Source: Oxalobacteraceae bacterium
GTDB lineage: Bacteria; Pseudomonadota; Gammaproteobacteria; Burkholderiales; Burkholderiaceae_D
Direction of reading: 5' to 3'
Assembly: GCA_030698225.1 (NCBI GenBank)
Contig: JAUYNR010000115.1
Location: 5,058-69,057 of the forward strand
DNA: 64,000 nt
A program made the position numbers and the translations under genes. Below the pieces are notes generated by a model that did no database searches, had not been told where the DNA came from, and saw only the letters and a list, made by a program, of their open reading frames with translations. Positions 10,395 through 18,727 of the stretch are shown here, piece by piece; position 1 is the stretch's first letter; each line of letters opens with the position of its first letter.

Positions 10395-10561
10395 TATCTA
10401 TTCAGCCCTCTATGAAAGACTCCCAAAACGAAGTGGTTCTTGTAGGAGCGCACCCGGGCGCGAAAGCAGTCGCCAGACTGCAGCCGTTGATCGCGCCCGG
10501 GTGCGCTCCTACAAAATCGCAAACATTTCGCTCTTGATTGCCATGTCGGCTGAATAGTAAC
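10395..10561. repeat. MITE-like element with a 23-bp perfect hairpin core
   Basis: Outer ends ctattcagccctctat / ggctgaatagtaac match the sub-terminal repeats of the element at 4965-5187. Core arms tgtaggagcgcacccgggcgcga (10441-10463) and the exact reverse complement (10491-10513). Confidence 0.65.
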
Positions 10562-10572
10562 TGAATTTCTTT

Positions 10573-10638
10573 AAAATAAGGAGTATTGCCATTTTCATGG
10601 CATTTTCCGCATATTTTTATTGCGCTAATTAAATATAC
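10573..10638 (+). repeat. AT-rich interspersed repeat, copy 1 of 9
   Basis: aaaataaggagtattgccattttcatggcattttccgcatatttttattgcgctaattaaatatac aligns by eye with the copies listed in the first finding. Confidence 0.6.
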
Positions 10639-10726
10639 CCGGCAAAAACTGAATATATTTTCGATGCCTTCCTGGTTTTTCGCGCGCATGGTTGACCATC
10701 ACGATGAGCCATGCGCAAAGCGGCCA

Positions 10727-11686
10727 TTACTTGATCAGGCCGGTTTCACGATAGTACTTCTCGGCGCCCAGATGCAGCGGCAACGGCATGCCGGTGAGCG
10801 CCGCTTCCTTGCGGATCGACTTGGCTGCTGCATGCGCGGCCGCCAGATGATCCAGATTTTCATACATGCTCTTGGTCATCTTGTAGACGGTGTCGGCCGG
10901 TACGCCTTGATGCGTTACCAGGAAGTTCTGCACGAAGGCGGTCGGCACGTTGCCGGTCTGGCCTTCATAGGTATTCGCGGGCACCATGCCGGGCTGATAA
11001 GCAGGGTCGCCGACCTTCGCCACCACGTCGGCCGGAATCGACACGATGACGATCTTGACCGAGCTGGCGAGATCGCGCAGCGACGACACGCCCAGGCCGG
11101 CCGACTGCAGCGTGGCATCGAGCTGGCGGTTCTTCATCAGTTCCACCGATTCGCCGAACGGCAGGTATTCGACCTTGGCGAAATCCTTGTAAGTCAGGCC
11201 GGCGGCCTTGAAGATCGCCCGCGCGTTGAGTTCGGTGCCCGACTTCGGCGCGCCCACTGAGATGCGTTTGCCTTTCAGGTCGGCCAGCGTCTTGACGCCC
11301 GAATCGGCCGAGGCCACGATCTGAATATAGTTCGGGTAAATCCCGGCAATCCCGCGTAGTTTTTTAAGCGGCGCCTTGAACCCCGCTTCGGCATCGCCCT
11401 TCCAGGCCGAGGATAGCGCATCGCCCAGCGTGAATCCGACTTCGCCGCGGCCGGCCTGCAACAGGTTCAGGTTCTCGGCCGAAGCCTTGGTCGCTTGCAC
11501 CGAGGTTTTTGCGTCCGGCATCGCCTTCGCGTAAATCTGCGATAGCGCCACTCCCATCGGGTAATACACGCCGCTGGTGCCGCCAGTCAGCACATTGATG
11601 AATTGTTGCTGCGCGTGTGCCGGGCCGGCCGCCAGCATTGCGACGCCGGCCAACGCCAGTAGTGCGCGCAAAAGTTTGAATTTCAT
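10727..11686 (-). CDS. TAXI-family TRAP transporter solute-binding protein
   Basis: 319 aa. Signal peptide ending AHAQQ. TAXI-type blocks (TGGTSGVYYPMG, NYIQIVA). AGGAG upstream of the ATG. Confidence 0.85.
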   Translation of the reverse strand: MKFKLLRALLALAGVAMLAAGPAHAQQQFINVLTGGTSGVYYPMGVALSQIYAKAMPDAKTSVQATKASAENLNLLQAGRGEVGFTLGDALSSAWKGDAEAGFKAPLKKLRGIAGIYPNYIQIVASADSGVKTLADLKGKRISVGAPKSGTELNARAIFKAAGLTYKDFAKVEYLPFGESVELMKNRQLDATLQSAGLGVSSLRDLASSVKIVIVSIPADVVAKVGDPAYQPGMVPANTYEGQTGNVPTAFVQNFLVTHQGVPADTVYKMTKSMYENLDHLAAAHAAAKSIRKEAALTGMPLPLHLGAEKYYRETGLIK

Positions 11687-11822
11687 TGTTGTCTCCTGAT
11701 TTGATTAGCGGGGCAAGAAGCCCTTCGTAGTCTATCAGCAGAAGTAGTTCATGGCGGCAATGCTTACCGGCAGTCTTAGCCGGCGGCCTCCTGCCAATGC
11801 CCTCAGATTAGCCAAAAATGTA

Positions 11823-11851
11823 TTTACAATGTAAATAATAATCATTATCAT
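11823..11851 (+). promoter_or_regulatory. sbn operon promoter with overlapping Fur box
   Basis: TTTACA-17 nt-TATCAT. The 19-mer gtaaataataatcattatc (11831-11849) matches the Fur consensus GATAATGATAATCATTATC at 16/19 and covers the spacer and -10. Confidence 0.75.
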
Positions 11852-11884
11852 TTGCATTCACATATATTTTACGAAAGATGCCAC

Positions 11885-12889
11885 ATGATTCATCACAGCA
11901 TCCTCGAGAGTGTAGGAAATACACCGATCATCCGTCTTTCTCGCTTGTTTCGTGATTCGCAGTGCGAAGTCCTCGCCAAGCTGGAGATGCTCAATCCGGG
12001 TGGCAGCGTCAAGGACAGGCCCGCCCGCTACATTCTCGAACGGGGTCTGGCCGAAGGCAGCATAGGGCCGAATTCGCACATCATCGAAAGCTCCTCAGGC
12101 AATCTCGCCATTGCATTGGCCATGACTTGTCGCATCTACGGGCTGCGTTTCACGGCGGTGATCGATCCGAAGATCTCGCCGATAAATTTAAAGATCATCC
12201 AATGCTATGGCGGCAATGTCGAACTGGTTACCGAGAAGGATAGCCAAGGCGGCTATCTGGAAACCCGCATCGAGCGCGTCAAATACCTGTTGCGCGAGCA
12301 GCCGGACGCGGTATGGATCAACCAGTATGCGAACGAACGCAACTGGCAAGCCCACTACCACGGGGAGGGCGCGGAGATCCTGAAGGATCTGGACCGCCCG
12401 GTCGACTACCTGGTGCTCGGAGTCAGTACCTCCGGTACCGTGCATGGGATCTCCCGGCGCCTGCGCGAGGCATGGCCAAAGCTGAAGGTTGTGGCGGTCG
12501 ATGCAGTCGGTTCAGTCTTGTTTGGCACGCCGCCGTACCCGCGCGATCTGCCTGGAATCGGCGCCAGTCGCGTGCCGGAGTTATTGCAGCGCGGCGAGAT
12601 CGATCAAGTTATTCATATCGACGACTATGAGTCCGCCGCCGCCTGCCGGGAACTGGTGGAGCGCGAGGGCATTTTCGCAGGGGGCTCGTCCGGCTCGGCC
12701 ATCGCAGCCATTGGGCGTCTGTCCGCGCAGGTGCCGCGCGGCGCCCGCATCCTGACCGTCCTGCCGGACCGGGGCGAGCGCTATCTGGATACCGTCTACG
12801 ACGACGAATGGCTCGCGCGCATGCAGGACCGTCACCTGGTTCGCATATCAAAAAAATCCAGCAATACACTTATAGAAGAAACAGCATGA
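11885..12889 (+). CDS. sbnA: SbnA-type PLP enzyme (cysteine synthase fold; L-Dap precursor synthesis)
   Basis: 334 aa from ATG 11885. PLP-lysine motif GGSVKDR. First gene of a cluster colinear with S. aureus sbnA-I. Confidence 0.85.
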   Translation: MIHHSILESVGNTPIIRLSRLFRDSQCEVLAKLEMLNPGGSVKDRPARYILERGLAEGSIGPNSHIIESSSGNLAIALAMTCRIYGLRFTAVIDPKISPINLKIIQCYGGNVELVTEKDSQGGYLETRIERVKYLLREQPDAVWINQYANERNWQAHYHGEGAEILKDLDRPVDYLVLGVSTSGTVHGISRRLREAWPKLKVVAVDAVGSVLFGTPPYPRDLPGIGASRVPELLQRGEIDQVIHIDDYESAAACRELVEREGIFAGGSSGSAIAAIGRLSAQVPRGARILTVLPDRGERYLDTVYDDEWLARMQDRHLVRISKKSSNTLIEETA

Positions 12890-13911
12890 CTACTCCAACA
12901 ATCTCACCGAATTTGCTTTATCTCAGCCGCAGCGACTTGATCGCATTGGGCGGCGGCCATTCACAGCCGTATGTCGATGCGATCGTCGACGGCCTGGCCG
13001 CGCACGTGCGCGGCGAATATGTGCAGCCGCTTAAGCCGTACCTGCGCTGGCCGGGGGCCGACCACATCGCCGACCGCATCATTGCGATGCCTTGCTACCT
13101 TGGGGGTGAGCAGGCAATGGCGGGCTTGAAGTGGATCGGCAGCCGGCAGCACAATCCGGCCCGCTTCGGGCTGGAACGCGCCAGCGCGCTGGTTGTGCTG
13201 AACGACGCGCAAACCAACTATCCGGTTGCAATCATGGAAGGCGGGCTCATCAGCGGCATGCGCACCGCCGCCATTACCGCCGTGGCAACGCGGCATCTGG
13301 CGCGCCGCGGCTTTACCGACGTGGCCGCCATCGGTTGCGGCCCGATTGCGCGGATGCAGATGCAAACGCTGCTTGAGCAGTTCCCGTCGATCGAGCGCTT
13401 GCACGTGTTCGACTTGTCATCAAGTGCTGCCGATGCATTTATTACCGCGCTGGCGGGGCGTTTTCAGAAGGTGGTTTTTGTGCAGACCGCCTCCGCAGAG
13501 GCCGCGGTGCGTGCAGCAGATGTGGTTGTCACTTGCACGGTGGCCGACGCGCCTTACTTGCGTTACGACTGGCTCAAGCCCGGTTCCTTCTTAAGTAATG
13601 TGTCCATCATGGATGTGCACAAGGAGGTCTACGAAAAGGCCGACAAGGTGGTGGTGGACGATTGGGAGCAGTCGAACCGCGAGAAAAAGATCATCAACCA
13701 GTTGGTGCTGGAAGGGCGCTTCAGCCGCGAACGCTTGCACGCCGAACTTGGCGAAATCGTCGTCGGGCGCAGGCCGGGCCGGGAAAACGATGATGAGATC
13801 ATTTTGCTCAATCCGATGGGAATGGCACTCGACGACATTGTCTGCGCACGCCACTTCTATCATCTGGCACATGAGCGCGGCATCGGCACCCAACTGCCGC
13901 TATACGGTTGA
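12886..13911 (+). CDS. sbnB: SbnB-type NAD-dependent dehydrogenase (ornithine cyclodeaminase family)
   Basis: 341 aa. ATGA overlap with the sbnA stop. Rossmann motif GCGPIA. Ornithine cyclodeaminase/mu-crystallin-like sequence. Confidence 0.85.
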   Translation: MTTPTISPNLLYLSRSDLIALGGGHSQPYVDAIVDGLAAHVRGEYVQPLKPYLRWPGADHIADRIIAMPCYLGGEQAMAGLKWIGSRQHNPARFGLERASALVVLNDAQTNYPVAIMEGGLISGMRTAAITAVATRHLARRGFTDVAAIGCGPIARMQMQTLLEQFPSIERLHVFDLSSSAADAFITALAGRFQKVVFVQTASAEAAVRAADVVVTCTVADAPYLRYDWLKPGSFLSNVSIMDVHKEVYEKADKVVVDDWEQSNREKKIINQLVLEGRFSRERLHAELGEIVVGRRPGRENDDEIILLNPMGMALDDIVCARHFYHLAHERGIGTQLPLYG

Positions 13912-13916
13912 GTCGC

Positions 13917-15671
13917 ATGCAGCTCGACGCAACCCATCCGTATGCGCGACGCCTGGCCCAGGACTTGTTCGACGCGCTTTGGCTGGAAGACCTTTACGGC
14001 TTTCGCAAGCAGTGCACGTTTTATCCGGCTGCCGATGGCGAATCGACGCTGGAAGTCGCGCTGGACGACATCCGGTCGCTGTGCTGGCACGGCCGCCGGA
14101 GCACCGGCTTGCGCCCATTCCGGGTGTCGGAGCGGCCCGCCGTGTTGCATGGCGCTGCACGCCGGACCGATCTGGCGGTATGCGAAGTCGTCGAGGCGTT
14201 GCAAACGGCCCATTGGTGGGACGACCGGGCGGGCCGTTTCGCCCGCTTCTTCGCACTCGCCTTCGAGCAAGCCGCGTCAGCGGCCGTGCACGAAGCGGCG
14301 ATTCTGGCGCAGCTGATGATGGCTCCGGATGATTTGCTGTCCTGGGAAGCATTGAGCTGCTTGAAAGACCGGCCATTCCATCCGCTGGCCCGCGCCAAGG
14401 ATTGGGACGGCAGCGACGGCACCGCCTACATGCCCGAAACGGCGACCCCGTTCGCGCTGCACTGGGTGGCGTTGCCGCGCGATCGGGTACGGGGGAGCGC
14501 CTGTTCCGGTCAGCCCGTTGCAGACATCTTGCTCGACCGTCCGCAGCGGGATGCGCTCGCGACAGTGGCGCGCGCCTGCGGTGCCGATGGCCGCTACCTA
14601 TGGTTGCCGGCACACCCGTGGCAATGGGAGCGGCTTCAGCGGACAGCGGCGCCGGAACTGGCGGCCTGCATCGACCTGGGCCGAGGACCGGGAACGGCGC
14701 TGCCAACGGCTTCGCTGCGCTCGCTCGCGGTCATCGGCCGTCCCGGCACGCACCTCAAGCTCGCACTTTCCGTCAACGCACTGGGAGCGGTGCGCACGCT
14801 GCCGCCGCGCTACCTGCACAACGGCATGCTGGCCAGCGCTTGTCTGGAAAGCCTGCGCCAGCGGGATGACTGGCTGGCCGCGCATCTGCTGTTGTGCGAG
14901 GAGGATGACTGGTGGGCGTTGCGGCAGCACGATACGCTGCAAGCCGAGCCGGGCGAGCTGGCTTGCATGATCCGGCGTTACCCGGTCCTGCCTGATGCCA
15001 GGCTCATTCCAATGGCTGCGTTGCCGATGGTAAGCGCTGACGGCGCACTGCCGGCCTTCGATCAATTGGTCGGACCCGCCGGAGCGGAAGACCAGGCTTG
15101 GAAATTGTTCGCCGAGATTGCCCGCGCTTTGCTGGAATTGGGTCTGCGCTGCTTCGCGCACGGCGTGATGCCTGAATTGCACGGGCAGAACGTGGTGCTG
15201 GCATTTCACGGGCGGCGAATCGCCGCGCTGGTCTTGCGCGACCACGACACCTTGCGCATCTGCCGGCCGCTGATGCAGGCCCAGCGCGTGGCGGCGCCTG
15301 ACTATGTGATCGACCGCAGCACGCCCAACACGCTGGAACTGGAAACGCCGCGCGAACTGCTCGCGTATCTGCAAACCCTGGCCATTGAGGTCAACCTGTA
15401 TGCGATCCTCGCTGCGCTGGCAGAGCGTTATGGCCGGGAAGAGGCGTATGGCTGGCATTTCGTGCGCACCGCGCTGGAAGACTGCCTGGTGCGCGTGCCG
15501 CTGCCGGACCACATTTCCAGCCAGACCAAGAGCCTGCTGCTGGACGAACCCGGCTGGCCATTCAAGCAAGTACTGGCGCCACTGCTCGGCCGTGCGAGCT
15601 TCGGCACCGGCATGCCCAGCGCGATGGGGCGTTTGCGCAATCCATTGTTGCCCGCCGAGCGCAATGGATGA
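13917..15671 (+). CDS. sbnC: NIS siderophore synthetase, IucA/IucC family (SbnC position)
   Basis: About 584 aa from ATG 13917 (alternative TTG at 13908). IucA/IucC-type blocks (HPWQW, ELHGQN). Position and length match SbnC. Confidence 0.8.
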   Translation: MQLDATHPYARRLAQDLFDALWLEDLYGFRKQCTFYPAADGESTLEVALDDIRSLCWHGRRSTGLRPFRVSERPAVLHGAARRTDLAVCEVVEALQTAHWWDDRAGRFARFFALAFEQAASAAVHEAAILAQLMMAPDDLLSWEALSCLKDRPFHPLARAKDWDGSDGTAYMPETATPFALHWVALPRDRVRGSACSGQPVADILLDRPQRDALATVARACGADGRYLWLPAHPWQWERLQRTAAPELAACIDLGRGPGTALPTASLRSLAVIGRPGTHLKLALSVNALGAVRTLPPRYLHNGMLASACLESLRQRDDWLAAHLLLCEEDDWWALRQHDTLQAEPGELACMIRRYPVLPDARLIPMAALPMVSADGALPAFDQLVGPAGAEDQAWKLFAEIARALLELGLRCFAHGVMPELHGQNVVLAFHGRRIAALVLRDHDTLRICRPLMQAQRVAAPDYVIDRSTPNTLELETPRELLAYLQTLAIEVNLYAILAALAERYGREEAYGWHFVRTALEDCLVRVPLPDHISSQTKSLLLDEPGWPFKQVLAPLLGRASFGTGMPSAMGRLRNPLLPAERNG

Positions 15672-16870
15672 GCGGCTCGCATTCCGGCAACCTTGCGCTA
15701 CTGCTGGCGTGCCAGGCCGTGACGACGCTCGGCTTGATGGTGCTGGTGCCCATCATGCCCTTGTACGTGGCGACGCTCGCGCACATCGATGCGGTCGGCG
15801 CGGCGCGCTGGAGCAGTCTCGCGCTGGCCGCGCCGGGACTGGGCACGCTATGCCTGGCGCCCTTTACCGGCCAGTGGTGCGACCGCTTCGGCTATCGACG
15901 CATGTTGCTGGTGTCGCTCGCGGTGTTTATCGCGGCCATGCTGCTGATGGCGCTGAGCACCAGTGTCTACAGCTTCATGTTGGGGCGCCTGCTGCAAGGC
16001 ATGAGCACCCTTGGCGTGGTGCTGACCGCCTTCATCGGGCACGCGAGCGATGATGGGTCGCGCGGCCGCTCGCTGGGCTTGCAGGAAAGCGCGATCGCCT
16101 GCGGCGCGCTGGCCGGTCCGGTGCTGGGCGGCATGATGCTGGACCATTGGTCGCTCAAGCCCTTGTTGACTGCGAGTGCGCTGATAACTGGTATTGCCGG
16201 CGTGGTGCTGTGGAGCCAGCTCAGCGAGCCGCCCAAGCCGGCGCCGGTGGAAGCATCGCCGCAGTTCGCCGGCTTGCGTACCGTGCTGGCCCGTGCCGAC
16301 TTGCGCAACTGGATGTTCGCAGCCTGTCTGACGCAGGCCGCCGCGTTCGCGCTGGTGAATATCTTCGCGCTCTACCTGGCGGCGCGCCTGCCCGCCACGC
16401 CGGGCATCGCGAGCCTGACCGGCTTACTGCATGCATTGGGCTGGCTCGCGACCATGCTGGCCAGTCCGCTGTGGGGACATTTGAACGACCATGGCGACCC
16501 GCGCCGCCATTTCACGCTGGGCGCCATCGGTTGCGCACTATCGATCGGATTATTGATGGTGGCCGAGCAACTCTGGCTAGTTGCCTTGCTCAGGGTGGTT
16601 CAGGGCGCGTGCTATGCCGCACTGGCGCAGTCGATGCTGCTGGCCTGCAGCCGTCAATTGCCTGCCTCGGCTTATGGACATGTGATTGGTTTAAGCAGGA
16701 GCTTCATGGTCGCCGGCCAACTGATGGGACCGCTCCTCATCATGGTTTTGATGCCTGTCCTCCCCCCTATCAAGCTTGTCTGGCCAGTGGCGGCGCTGTT
16801 TCTGGCCGCTGGATTGCTGGTTCTTGGCAATCGGCGTGCCGCCCTGGCTCCCCGTTTGCAAAATTATTGA
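15668..16870 (+). CDS. sbnD: MFS transporter (siderophore exporter, SbnD position)
   Basis: 400 aa polytopic protein. ATGA overlap with the sbnC stop. Confidence 0.8.
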   Translation: MSGSHSGNLALLLACQAVTTLGLMVLVPIMPLYVATLAHIDAVGAARWSSLALAAPGLGTLCLAPFTGQWCDRFGYRRMLLVSLAVFIAAMLLMALSTSVYSFMLGRLLQGMSTLGVVLTAFIGHASDDGSRGRSLGLQESAIACGALAGPVLGGMMLDHWSLKPLLTASALITGIAGVVLWSQLSEPPKPAPVEASPQFAGLRTVLARADLRNWMFAACLTQAAAFALVNIFALYLAARLPATPGIASLTGLLHALGWLATMLASPLWGHLNDHGDPRRHFTLGAIGCALSIGLLMVAEQLWLVALLRVVQGACYAALAQSMLLACSRQLPASAYGHVIGLSRSFMVAGQLMGPLLIMVLMPVLPPIKLVWPVAALFLAAGLLVLGNRRAALAPRLQNY

Positions 16871-16972
16871 GCGTTCAATAATGGATGTCAGTCGGAACGC
16901 TCAATCCCTCACCCCGACCCTCTCCCGGCGGGAGAGGGTGAGAACAGCCGTAATTCACTGTCGCGAATTACG
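16868..16972. repeat. Three consecutive hairpins (REP cluster) in the sbnD-sbnE spacer
   Basis: tgagcgttc/gaacgctca; ccctctccc-ggc-gggagaggg flanked by ctca/tgag; ccgtaattc/gaattacgg. The middle unit recurs at 33893 and, as a half-site, at 59540. Confidence 0.6.
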
Positions 16973-16998
16973 GAAGAATCAATAACGAAAGGATTTAA

Positions 16999-18723
16999 AT
17001 GACCGTACAGCTGCCGGAACTTGCTCCCATAGAACGACGCTTGGTGGAGCAGTACCTGAACACGTATTGCCGGGAAACCGCCTGTTTCGACCCGCGCCTC
17101 GCGCCCGACGCGGCGGGGCCCGCCGAATTGCAGGCGCAAATAGAAGCCTGGCGGAGCGTGGGGCTGATGCCGTATCTGGTGTCGTTTGCGCAGACCGGGT
17201 ATCAACTGGCCGGCGCGCTGGACTATTTCTCGCCGATCGGCTATCACCGGGTGGCGCCGCTGGCGTGGATCGGGCGCGATGGCGACTGGCGTCCCCTGAC
17301 TGATGCGATGCCGCTGGTCGACCGGATCGCCGGCGCGCTCGCCGACGCTGGCGGCCAAGCCGCCGACGTCGCGCAGCAATGCCGTGAGCGGCTGCAGACC
17401 TTGATGCGCAACAGCGTGGACAAGGTGCGCCGTTTCCACCGCCATCAGGGCGTTCAAGCCCGCTCGCCTTTCGTGGCGGCCGAGCAGGGCTTGCGCTTCG
17501 GCCATATTTTCCATGTGACCTCCAAGGCCATGGAAGGATTCAGCGAGGCAGACATGCAGCGCTATTCCCCGGAATTGGGGACATCGTTCCGCTTGCATTA
17601 CTTCGCGGTCGCCGCTGGCGTGCTGGATGTGCGCGCGGTGAATGGCGAACTGTTGCCGATCGACCCGGAGGCGGCGCGCTTCGCCGAGGGTCTGTTGGCC
17701 GATGGCGAATATCGGCTGCTGCCTTGCCATCCTTGGCAGGCCAATCATCTATTGGGCTTGCCTGAAATCGATGCGCTGCTGCAGAACCGTTCGCTGATTT
17801 CGCTCGGGCCTTTAGGTGAAGTGGCTTGGCCGACGTCTTCGGTGCGCACGGTCTGGCTGCCTGGCCAGGACCTGTTTCTCAAGCTGTCGCTGAATATCCG
17901 CATCACCAACTTCGTGCGCAATAATCCGCCCGAACAGGTCGAACGGGCGCTCGATGCCAGTCTTGCGCTGTCCTTGTTGCCGCAGGATGTGCTGGAACAA
18001 GCGGCGTTCTGCATCTTGCCGGAGCTGGGCAGCCAGACCTTGAAGCTGTCGAGCGATACGCTGCGCGCCGCTTGTGCGGTGGTGTACCGGAAAGCGATGC
18101 CGGCCGCCGAGGCCGAGCATGCGCAAGTGGTCGCGTCGCTGTTGGAGGAGCCGGCTGCGGGGGAAATTCCGCTGCTGGCATTCCTGCGGCAGGCGGCAGG
18201 GGAGGGCGCACCCGACACAGCGCTGGTCCGGCGCTGGTGGGCACGTTACCTCGATGCGAGCCTGCTGCCGTTGCTGCGCCTGTTCTCCGAGTACGGCATC
18301 AGCCTCGAAGCGCACTTGCAAAACGCGATGATGGGCTTTCGCGACGGCTGGCCGGTGCGGGGCTATGCGCGGGACATGGAGGGCACCAGCATCAGCCGTG
18401 CGCGGTTCCCGTTCCTGGATCGCCTAAAGCCCGACAGTCCCGCTCTGTACGACGAGCAGCAGGCATGGCATCGCTTCCAGTATTACGTGCTGGTCAATCA
18501 TGTCGGCCATGTGATTGCCTGTCTGGCGCGCACCGGCCTGACTGCCGAGGCCACGTTATGGCGCGACACCGCACAGCGGCTTGAGGCGACCGGAGATCCG
18601 CTGGCGCAGCAGTTGCTCAAGCAGCCCACGCTACCGGCCAAAGCCAACATGCTCAGCAGTTTCCATCAACACGGTGAATGCCCCACTTGGGTAGAGATTC
18701 CGAACCCACTGCTTCAAAGGTAA
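16999..18723 (+). CDS. sbnE: NIS siderophore synthetase, IucA/IucC family (SbnE position)
   Basis: 574 aa. HPWQ and LEAHLQN blocks. Order and length match SbnE. Confidence 0.8.
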   Translation: MTVQLPELAPIERRLVEQYLNTYCRETACFDPRLAPDAAGPAELQAQIEAWRSVGLMPYLVSFAQTGYQLAGALDYFSPIGYHRVAPLAWIGRDGDWRPLTDAMPLVDRIAGALADAGGQAADVAQQCRERLQTLMRNSVDKVRRFHRHQGVQARSPFVAAEQGLRFGHIFHVTSKAMEGFSEADMQRYSPELGTSFRLHYFAVAAGVLDVRAVNGELLPIDPEAARFAEGLLADGEYRLLPCHPWQANHLLGLPEIDALLQNRSLISLGPLGEVAWPTSSVRTVWLPGQDLFLKLSLNIRITNFVRNNPPEQVERALDASLALSLLPQDVLEQAAFCILPELGSQTLKLSSDTLRAACAVVYRKAMPAAEAEHAQVVASLLEEPAAGEIPLLAFLRQAAGEGAPDTALVRRWWARYLDASLLPLLRLFSEYGISLEAHLQNAMMGFRDGWPVRGYARDMEGTSISRARFPFLDRLKPDSPALYDEQQAWHRFQYYVLVNHVGHVIACLARTGLTAEATLWRDTAQRLEATGDPLAQQLLKQPTLPAKANMLSSFHQHGECPTWVEIPNPLLQR

Positions 18724-18727
18724 GCCC

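Noticed and set aside
10325-10537. Small ORFs containing VGAHPGA / APGCAPT (also 32675..32860 and 10283..10522)
   Set aside because: They are translations of the tgtaggagcgcacccgggcgcga REP hairpin arms in both orientations, not genes.
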